A stretch of 64,000 nucleotides of DNA from Eledone cirrhosa (taxonomy: Eukaryota). Under the pieces are notes generated by a model. That model was not told the DNA's origin, did no database searches, and saw nothing but the letters and a program-made list of their open reading frames with translations. The stretch covers positions 20,150,001-20,214,000 of the forward strand of contig OZ024749.1 of NCBI GenBank assembly GCA_964016885.1. Reading direction: 5' to 3'. The translations under genes and the position numbers were made by a program. Each line of letters begins with the position of its first letter. Within the stretch, counting starts at the first letter, position 1. Shown piece by piece: positions 10,507 through 21,700 of this stretch.

Positions 10507-11303
10507 ATGATGTTTCGTGGCTTTTTGATCGGCTTATTCATTTTTTCCATGGCACGGAAATGGAGTATTTCCATTTCGAATCAAAACTTTTCACTAAAAT
10601 CGGGCAATTGGACTGATCAAATTCACATTCATACCAGTTTTTACAAATCCATAATTAGAAATGTGGCGAAATCAAATGACCAGAAGGTATAAAAATATTA
10701 ATTCAAATGTATTTACTTATCATACCAACAAAAATACTTAGATATTTTGTATACCTGGGGCCCGTCAGGGCCAGGTAATGTTAATCGCCAACATTGTTAT
10801 CTGTTGTCCTTTTGTGAAAGTATTGGTGGTTCATGTCGGCTCTAATGATCTGAATCCTCGTTGCACCGTTGGCACTACAAAGTTGTGCAAAGTAATACAA
10901 TAATTTTTGCCTAAGTATTTTTTATTAATCATTTATTTGTAAATTAAGTACAAAGTGCCCATTCGAGGCACAAAACCAGAAAAACAGGGGAAGAGTCTCT
11001 TTGCAAGGCTACAGAAAATAGCGGAAAAGCACCACTGTACACCCATTTTCTACAGTGGTGTCATTCCACGTCCACAAAGTGTAATTGAAAATAAAAATGA
11101 CTTGGGGAAAGAGAAATTCTCATTTGGAAAAGTTTAATTACTGCATGAAAGAAATGATTCAAAAATTGAACTTGCCCAATCTTCACAACATTGAAAATTG
11201 GTCAAAATTTGACAAATCTGACTTCAAACCAGATATGATTCATTTGAACAATGTTGGAAATCTTAAATTGACACAAATTTTTGCCAATGTTTTTGCCACC
11301 TGA
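10507..11303 (+). pseudogene. Spliced SGNH/GDSL-family hydrolase (exons 10507-10686, 10742-10891, 10949-11303)
   Basis: Block II CIPGAR, block III VVHVGSND, FYSGVIPRP, block V PDMIHLNNVG; two phase-0 GT-AG introns (55 and 57 nt) restore the frame; frameshift near 11110; block I degraded (..SIIRNV); AATAAA at 11341. Confidence 0.75.
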
Positions 11304-11483
11304 TCCTTGTTCTATGGCTGACTGACTAATTTTGTGACTTAATAAAATGTCATCATACTAGTAATGCACAATGGTCATTTTTAAATTTAAATTTGATTAA
11401 ATAGTTGTTGCTTGCATTGCCTTAAAATAGTAACAAGAATGTACACATACTTTTTAAAAATACATCATTATCAGTCAAATCAG

Positions 11484-11834
11484 TCAAATGTCACTAAAAG
11501 CCAGGTGGTCGATAACAACTTCTATAAGATTAGTTACATGCTCACACATTGGATCACCTCTCATTGGATGTCTGAGATAATCGTGGAGATAACTGATGAA
11601 GTCACAAATGAAGTGATGGTCTTCCAGTGTGAACAACTCCCTATATCCATTGATATATGTGATGGCTTCCGATTCATAGGTGCATTTTATGGGGAATTCC
11701 ATGCATCCGATTTTCAGTGATTCAATGGGCATTTTATCAGAGATGATAAGGTATTTGACCACGTTTTGCTTTGTAAGTAAATTGGAGAGAATCACTGCAG
11801 TCAAAGTCATTTCTTTGCATGGGTTTTTGTCCAT
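11484..11834 (-). CDS. Orphan 116-aa ORF, convergent with the SGNH gene
   Basis: ATG-initiated with normal amino-acid complexity; preceded by GTAAGT...TTTTTAG. No recognisable family. Confidence 0.4.
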   Translation of the reverse strand: MDKNPCKEMTLTAVILSNLLTKQNVVKYLIISDKMPIESLKIGCMEFPIKCTYESEAITYINGYRELFTLEDHHFICDFISYLHDYLRHPMRGDPMCEHVTNLIEVVIDHLAFSDI

Positions 11835-12097
11835 TCTAAAAAGTTAAAATGATAAAGTATAACTTACATCTATTGTTGTAACACCATTGAAATGCACAAG
11901 TTTCACCAATTCACCATTATGCACTAATCATCTCAAATGCATTCATGATTTACTAGCTTTGTCATTAAGCCAGTTGCCTCAACTAGATTGCAATTATACT
12001 CAAAAGAACTTTAAAATGTCAATCACTTGTCAGTAATTCACTATGATCATTTAATTATTAAATAGTTGTTGCTTGCATTGCCTTAAAAAATAGTAGA

Positions 12098-13153
12098 CCA
12101 GATAGAAAAATGCGTACAGCAAAAGAAAGTAATATTGTTGGAATATAAACCTTTAAAAATACAGGACAAGAAACTAAGATAAAACTTTAAAAGAATAGGA
12201 CAAGAAACTAAGATAAAACTTTAAAGAATTGGACAAGAAATAAAAAAATTTTACAATAATATTAATGGCAACATTTTTATTGGTAAAAAATCGAGTTCCA
12301 CATTCATAGGCTCTGGGTTCCACATTCAGAGGTCGTCGTCAGACCGGGGGGATCATTTGATCCTGGTTTGAACACCAATTGGGCCATAACCATACCCCTA
12401 TTTCATCATTCGGCGACACGCCTCATGTGTCATGCATAATGTGAATGGATCCATGGGCCCATGAGCACAGATCTTGAGCAGCAGCGGACGGTCTTGTCGT
12501 CCCGCTTATCCTTGATCTTGACCAACCCCTCCATCTTCTCCTTGCATCTTGTCCTTGAGTTCAAGTCCGGCAGTCCAGATGAATGCGTGCCACAGCTTTC
12601 TGGTACAGGAAGGGGGAGCAGGAGGACTGTAGGGATGACGGGACAGAGGGAGGACCGGTGGTTGAGGGAGGTGCCGTAGTCGGTTGTCAGAGTCGACATC
12701 TTGTCCCGGTCGTCTTCTCCATCTTCGTCTGGTGTTGCGGGACCAGAAGTGCATTCTTGGAGGAGACCTGCAGCTGCATCGGCCAATTCTTCTTGCAATA
12801 GTCATTCTGACGGAGCAGAACTGCTCAGCCAACCAACCCCAACCAGAACCAACCGCTCAGGGGCAACGCACAATGAGAGCATGACAATTATTATGCACTA
12901 ATCAAGAAGATACTGGGGCATAGCACAGGAAATGAATAAAAAAATTTTGCCACTAATATTATTGTAAAATTTTTTATTTCTTGTCCAATTCTTTAAAGTT
13001 TTATCTTAGTTTCTTGTCCTATTCTTTTAAAGTTTTATCTTAGTTTCTTGTCCTATTCTTTTAAAGTTTTATTTTAGTTTCTTGTCCTGTATTTTTAAAG
13101 GTTTATATTCCAACAATATTACTTTTTTTTGCTGTACGCATTTTTCTATCTGG
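12098..13153. repeat. ~185-220-bp inverted repeats with internal 33-bp tandem units around a GC-rich core
   Basis: 12098-12281 is the reverse complement of 12935-13153; unit GGACAAGAAACTAAGATAAAACTTTAAAAGAATA has one more copy in the right arm. Confidence 0.85.
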
Positions 13154-13207
13154 TATATATATATATATATAGTTATTGATACAGCATAATATATAATATA
13201 TATATAT

Positions 13208-14657
13208 AGCGTAAAAGTTGGTGTTCATCAGGGCTCTGTTCTTAGCCCCCTACTATTTATTATTGCCCTTCAGGCTATAACAGTGGAGTTCAAGACCGGC
13301 TGCCCATGGGAACTCCTATACGCAGATGATCTAACGCTCATAGGTGAATCAATGGCCGAGCTAGAGAAGAAATTCCAAACATGGAAGCACGGCCTAGAAT
13401 CAAAAGGCCTTAAAATTAACCTGGCTAAGACTAAAGTTCTAGTATGTAGGAAAGAAAATAAGGCGCCGGTCCCTTCCGGGAAATGGCCATGCTCAGTGTG
13501 TAGGAAAGGAGTAGGTAGAAACTCCATTTTATGTCCCAAATGCAAAGTATGGGTGCATAAAAGATGTAGTGGGATCACAGGTAAGCTAACTAAGAACACA
13601 GATTTTACATGTGGCCGGTGCTCTGGTGCAATAAGTAGCAGCAAGTGCCCACAAAATACTAGCTCTTTCAATTGCGCAGAGGGTTCTATAGAAATAGTAG
13701 ACAGCTTCCGTTACCTGGGTGACAAAGTCAGCAGTGGGGGAGGGTGCTCTGAAAGTACAGTAGCTAGAGTCAGAACTGGATGGAAAAAGTTCAGAGAGCT
13801 TATACCACTATTAGCCGCTAAAGGGTTCTCCCTAAAAATGAAAGGGAGGTTGTATGATGCCTGCATACGAACAGCAATGTTGCATGGCAGTGAGACCTGG
13901 GCATTGTGTGCAGAGGATATACGCAGACTGGAGAGGAACGAAGCTTGCATGCTCCACTGGATGTGTAATAGTAATATACGTGAACGGCAAAGCATAAACG
14001 AACTAAGGGAAAAATTAGAAATAAGAGGGATCAGATGTTGTTTACTCGAGAGAAGGCTACGTTGGTATGGTCACGTGATGCGCATGAAAGACGACAGCTG
14101 TATAAAAAAGTGCAGGGCAATAAAGATAGACGGTAGCCACGGAGTAGGCAGACCCAGAAAAACCTGGGACGACCTGATAATTCCGACCTCACACACATAC
14201 ACCTCTCCAAGACAATGTCACTGGACCGAGATCTTTGGCGGTACTCAGTAATAGAGAAGACCCGCCTTACCTAAATACAAAGTAAAACCTACTACAGTCA
14301 GTAGGCATCTCTAACAAAATACACCCCCCCCCCACCCCATCCACACCACCCCTTTCAATGTAAAGTTATGTTGGTGCCACAACATCCAGTCCTAAACAAA
14401 TGAGATCGTGTAGGTATCACGACAAAAAAAACCACACAGTCCACGCTGTAATGTGGCCGTGTAGGCAACACGGTAAAAACCTCCCAGTCCCACACTGTAA
14501 ATGTGGTTGGTGTTAGGAAGGGCATCCAGCTGTAGAAAACCCGCCAGACAGTCCTATGCGAGCAAGACAACCACTCTTGCTTCAAGTGGGAAAACTCCCG
14601 TCCAAACCCATGCAAGCGTGGAATATGGACGTTAAACGATGATGATGATGACGATGA
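13208..14657 (+). mobile_element. RTE-clade LINE, 5'-truncated (RT C-terminal half + 3' UTR)
   Basis: GVHQGSVLSPLLF, LLYADDL, FRYLG, MLHGSETW, RRLRWYGHV, GRPRKTW; (GAT)n tail; frameshift near 14180. Confidence 0.93.
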
Positions 14658-14672
14658 GATACTGAGTCAGCA

Positions 14673-15007
14673 TATATATATAAAGTTGTAGTTCCTGTTT
14701 GTTTGTTTGTTCACAAACTCTTCCTATGGTTTTTGGAGATAGACCCCCCATAACCATATATATTGTGAAACTACATTGCCCAGAGTACTTGGATAAGTAT
14801 ATTTCATTTTAATCAAAGGGTTCTCCGGGACACAAACCCCCGCTGAAAATGTTTTTCCTTCGATTTCTATGAAATTTAAACCATAGATAAATGACAAAAT
14901 ATAATGCCTACTCACAAAAGATTTCAATTGATATTTTGAAAAAAAATATTTACTAAAAACAAAATAAAAATTAGATTTAATAATGTATGAAACACAGCAA
15001 GGCTAGT
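14673..15007 (+). mobile_element. Possible non-autonomous Helitron relic
   Basis: Starts TATATATAAAG...(GTTT)n and ends CTAGT; 3' hairpin not clearly preserved. Confidence 0.4.
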
Positions 15008-15028
15008 AATATATATATATATATATAT

Positions 15029-15729
15029 ATGCTCTGCTGGATGTGTAATAGTAATATACGTGAACGGCAAAGCATAAACGAACTAAGGGATAAATTAAAA
15101 ATAAGAGGGATCAGATGTTGTTTACTCGAGAGAAGGCTACGTTGGTATGGTCACGTGATGCGCATGAAAGACGACAGCTGTATAAAAAAGTGCAGGGCGA
15201 TAAAAATAGACGATAGCCATGGAGTAGGCAGACCCAGAAAAACCTGGGACGACTTGATAAATTCCGACCTCACACACACCTCTCCAAGACAATGTCACTG
15301 GACCGAGATCTTTGGCACTACACAGTCATACAGAAGACCCGCCTTGCCTAAGTACAAAGCGACACCTACAGTCAGTAGGCACCTCTAACAAAATAACACC
15401 CCCCCCCCACACACACACACCACCCCCTTAAATGTAAAGTTATATTGGTACCACAACATCCAGTCCGAAACAAATGAGATCGTGTAGGTGTCACGGCAAA
15501 AAAACACACAGTCCACGCTGTAATGTGGCCGTGTAGGTAACACGGTAAAAACCTCCCAGTCCACACTGTAAACGTGGTTGGTGTTAGGAAGGGCATCCAG
15601 CTGTAGAAAACCCGCCAGACAGTCCTATACGAGCAAGACAACCAGTCTTGCCTCAAGTGGCAAAATTCCCGTCCAAACCCATGCAAGCGTGGAAAATGGA
15701 CGTTAAACAATGATGATGATGATGATGAT
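15029..15729 (+). mobile_element. Second RTE LINE 3' fragment
   Basis: Highly similar to 13949-14657; (GAT)n tail. Confidence 0.92.
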
Positions 15730-15738
15730 ATATATACT

Positions 15739-18700
15739 CTGTATCAGTAACTATATATATACTGTATCAGTAACTATATACACTGTATCAGTAACTATAT
15801 ATACACTGTATCAGTAACTATATATACACTGTGTCAGTAACTATATATATACTGTATCAGTAACTATATATACACTGTATCAGTAACTATATATCCACTG
15901 TATCAGTAACTATATATACACTGTATCAGTAACTATATATACACTGTATCAGTAACTATATATACACTGTATCAGTAACTATATATACACTGTATCAGTA
16001 ACTATATACACTGTATCAGTAACTATATATACACTGTATCAGTAACTATATATACACTGTATCAGTAACTATATACACTGTATCAGTAACTATATACATA
16101 CTGTATCAGTAACTATATATACACTGTATCAGTAACTATATATACACTGTATCAGTAACAATATATACACTGTATCAGTAACTATATATACACTGTATCA
16201 GTAACTATATATACACTGTATCAGTAACTATATATACACTGTATCAGTAACTATATATACACTGTATCAGTAACTATATACACTGTATCAGTAACTATAT
16301 ACACTGTATCAGTAACAATATATACATTGTGTCAGTAACTATATATACACTGTATCAGTAACTATATATACACTGTATCAGTAACTATATATACACTGTA
16401 TCAGTAACTATATATACACTGTATCAGTAACTATATATACACTGTATCAGTAACTATATACACTGTATCAGTAACTATATATACACTGTATCAGTAACTA
16501 TATATACACTGTATCAGTAACTATATATACACTGTATCAGTAACTATATATACACTGTATCAGTAACTATATATATACTGTATCAGTAACTATATATATA
16601 CTGTATCAGTAACTATATACACTGTATCAGTAACTATATATACTGTATCAGTAACTATATATACACTGTATCAGTAACTATACACACTGTATCAGTAACT
16701 ATATATACACTGTATCAGTAACTATATATACACTGTATCAGTAACTATATACACTGTATCAGTAACTATATATACACTGTATCAGTAACTATATATACAC
16801 TGTATCAGTAACTATATACACTGTATCAGTAACTATATATACACTGTATCAGTAACTATATCCACTGTATCAGTAACTATATATACACTGTATCAGTAAC
16901 TATACACACTGTATCAGTAACTATATATACACTGTATCAGTAACTATATATACACTGTATCAGTAACTATATACACTGTATCAGTAACTATATACACTGT
17001 ATCAGTAACTATATACACTGTATCAGTAACTATATATACACTGTATCAGTAACTATATATACACTGTATCAGTAACTATATATACACTATATCAGTAACT
17101 ATATACACTGTATCAGTAACTATATATACACTGTATCAGTAACTATATATACACTGTATCAGTAACTACATATACACTGTATCAGTAACTATATATACAC
17201 TGTATCAGTAACTATATACACTGTATCAGTAACTATATACACTGTATCAGTAACTATATACACTGTATCAGTAACTATATACACTGTATCAGTAACTATA
17301 TACACAGTATCAGTAACTATATATACACTGTATCAGTAACTATATATACACTGTATCAGTAACTATATACACTGTATCAGTAACTATATATACACTGTAT
17401 CAGTAACTATATACACTATATCAGTAACTATATATATACACTGTATCAGTAACTATATATACACTGTATCAGTAACTATATATACACTGTATCAGTAACT
17501 ATATATACACTGTATCAGTAACTATATACACTGTATCAGTAACTATATACACTGTATCAGTAACTATATATACACTGTATCAGTAACTATATATACACTG
17601 TATCAGTAACTATATATACACTGTATCAGTAACTATATATATACACTGTATCAGTAACTATATATATACTGTATCAGTAACTATATATACACTGTATCAG
17701 TAACTATATATACACTGTATCAGTAACTATGTATACACTGTATCAGTAACTATATACACTGTATCAGTAACTATATATATACTGTATCAGTAACTATATA
17801 TATATACTGTATCAGTAACTATATATATACACTGTATCAGTAACTATATATACACTGTATCAGTAACTATATACACTGTATCAGTAAATATATGTACACT
17901 GTATCAGTAACTATATATATACTGTATCAGTAACTATATATATACACTGTATCAGTAACTATATATACACTGTATCAGTAACTATATGTACACTGTATCA
18001 GTAACTATATATACACTGTATCAGTAACTATATACACTGTATCAGTAACTATATACACACTGTATCAGTAACTATATATAGACTGTATCAGTAACTATAT
18101 ACACTGTATCAGTAACTATATATACACTGTATCAGTATCTATATATATACACTGTATCAGTAACTATATACACTGTATCAGTAACTATATATACACTGTA
18201 TCAGTAACTATATACACTGTATCAGTAACTATATATACACTGTATCAGTAACTACATATACACTGTATCAGTAACTATATATACACTGTATCAGTAACTA
18301 TATACACTGTATCAGTAACTATATATACTGTATCAGTAACTATATATACACTGTATCAGTAACTATATGTACACTGTATCAGTAACTATATATACACTGT
18401 ATCAGTAACTATATACACTGTATCAGTAACTATATACACACTGTATCAGTAACTATATATACACTGTATCTGTAACTATATATACACTGTATCAGTAACT
18501 ATATATACACCGTATCAGTAACTATATACACTGTATCAGTAACTATATACACTGTATCAGTAACTATATATACACTGTAACAGTAACTATATACACTGTA
18601 TCAGTAACTATATACACTGTATCCGTAACTATATATACACTGTATCAGTAACTATATACACTGTATCACTAACTATATACACCGTATCAGTAACTATATA

Positions 18701-21700
18701 CACTGTATCAGTAACTATATACACTGTATCCGTAACTATATATACACTGTATCAGTAACTATATATACACTGTATCAGTAACTATGTACACTGTATCAGT
18801 AACTATATATATACACTGTATCAGTAACTATATATACACTGTATCAGTAACTATATACACTGTATCAGTAACTATATACACTGTATCAGTAACTATATAT
18901 ATACACTGTATCAGTAACTATATACACACTGTATCAGTAACTATATACACTGTATCAGTAACTATATACACTGTATCAGTATCTATATACACTGTATCAG
19001 TAACTATATATATACTGTATCAGTAACTATATACACTGTATCAGTAACTATATACACAGTATCAGTAACTATGTATACACTGTATCAGTAACTATATATA
19101 CACTGTATCAGTAACTATATACACTGTATCAGTAACTATATATACACTGTATCAGTAACTATATATACACTGTATCAGTAACTATATACACTGTATCAGT
19201 ATCTATATACACTATATCAGTAACTATATACACTGTATCAGTAACTATATATACACTGTATCAGTAACTATATATACACTGTATCAGTAACTATATACAC
19301 TGTATCAGTAACTATATACACTGTATCAGTATCTATATACACTATATCAGTAACTATATATATACACTGTATCAGTAACTATATATACACTGTATCAGTA
19401 ACTATATATACACTGTATCAGTAACTATATATACACTGTATCAGTAACTATATACACTGTATCAGTAACTATATACACTGTATCAGTAACTATATATACA
19501 CTGTATCAGTAACTATATATATACACTGTATCAGTAACTATATATACACTGTATCAGTAACTATATACACTGTATCAGTAACTATATATACACTGTATCA
19601 GTAACTATATACACTATATCAGTAACTATATATATACACTGTATCAGTAACTATATATACACTGTATCAGTAACTATATATACACTGTATCAGTAACTAT
19701 ATATACACTGTATCAGTAACTATATATACACTGTATCAGTAACTATATATACACTGTATCAGTAACTATATATACACTGTATCAGTAACTATATACACTG
19801 TATCAGTAACTATATACACTGTATCAGTAACTATATATACACTGTATCAGTAACTATATATATACACTGTATCAGTAACTATATATACACTGTATCAGTA
19901 ACTATATACACCGTATAAGTAACTATATATACACTGTATCAGTAACTATATATACACTGTATCAGTAACTATATATACACTGTATCAGTAACTATATATA
20001 CACTGTATCAGTAACTATATATATACTGTATCAGTAACTATATATACACTGTATCAGTAACTATATATACTGTATCAGTAACTATAGATACACTGTATCA
20101 GTAACTATATATATACTGTATCAGTAAATATATATACACCGTATCAGTAACTATATACACTGTATCAGTAACTATATATATACTGTATCAGTAACTATAT
20201 ATACACTGTATCAGTAACTATATATATACTGTATCAGTAACTATATATATATACTGTATCAGTAACTATATACACTGTATCAGTAACTATATATATATAT
20301 ATATACACTGTATCAGTAACTATATATACTGTATCAGTAACTATATATACACTGTATCAGTAACTATATATATACTGTATCAGTAACTATATATACACTG
20401 TATCAGTAACTATATATATACTGTATCAGTAACTATATATATATACTGTATCAGTAACTATATACACTGTATCAGTAACTATATATATATATATATACAC
20501 TGTATCAGTAACTATATATACTGTATCAGTAACTATATATACACTGTATCAGTAACTATATATACTGTATCAGTAACTATATATACTGTATCAGTAACTA
20601 TATATATACACTGTATCAGTAACTATATATACACTGTATCAGTAAATATATATACACTGTATCAGTAACTATATATACACTGTATCAGTAACTATATATA
20701 GACTGTATCAGTAACTATATATACTGTATAAGTAACTATATATATACACTGTATCAGTAACTATATATACACTGTATCAGTAACTATATATACACTGTAT
20801 CAGTAACTATATACACTGTATCAGTAACTATATACACTGTATCAGTAACTATATATACACTGTATCAGTAACTATATATACACTGTATCAGTAACTATAT
20901 ATATACACTGTATCAGTAACTATATATACACTGTATCAGTAACTATATATACACTGTATCAGTAACTATATATACACTGTATCAGTAACTATATATACAC
21001 TGTATCAGTAACTATATATATACTGTATCAGTAACTATATATACACTGTATCAGTAACTATATATACACTGTATCAGTAACTATATATATACTGTATCAG
21101 TAACTATATATACACTGTATCAGTAACTATATATATACTGTATCAGTAACTATATATATATACTGTATCAGTAACTATATACACTGTATCAGTAACTATA
21201 TATATATATATATACACTGTATCAGTAACTATATATACTGTATCAGTAACTATATATACACTGTATCAGTAACTATATATACTGTATCAGTAACTATATA
21301 TACTGTATCAGTAACTATATATATACACTGTATCAGTAACTATATATACACTGTATCAGTAAATATATATACACTGTATCAGTAACTATATATACACTGT
21401 ATCAGTAACTATATATAGACTGTATCAGTAACTATATATACTGTATAAGTAACTATATATATACACTGTATCAGTAACTATATATACACTGTATCAGTAA
21501 CTATATACACTGTATCAGTAACTATATACACTGTATCAGTAACTATATATACACTGTATCAGTAACTATATATACACTGTATCAGTAACTATATATATAC
21601 ACTGTATCAGTAACTATATATACACTGTATCAGTAACTATATATACACTGTATCAGTAACTATATATACACTGTATCAGTAACTATATATACACTGTATC

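Larger units (their letters stand above)
9594..13153. mobile_element. Unclassified 3.56-kb gene-carrying element in (TA)n
   Basis: Terminal hairpin CTAAACGGAC-agta-GTCCGTTTAG (9595-9618); 13-bp subterminal IR AGTAATATTGTTG (9617-9629) / CAACAATATTACT (13111-13123); nearly microsatellite-free interior with ORFs. Confidence 0.55.

Noticed and set aside
12430-12560. piggyBac-like C-terminal cysteine-rich domain (RTRCKEK...VRCCSRS)
   Set aside because: Cys spacing incomplete; no DDD domain or TTAA TSD.
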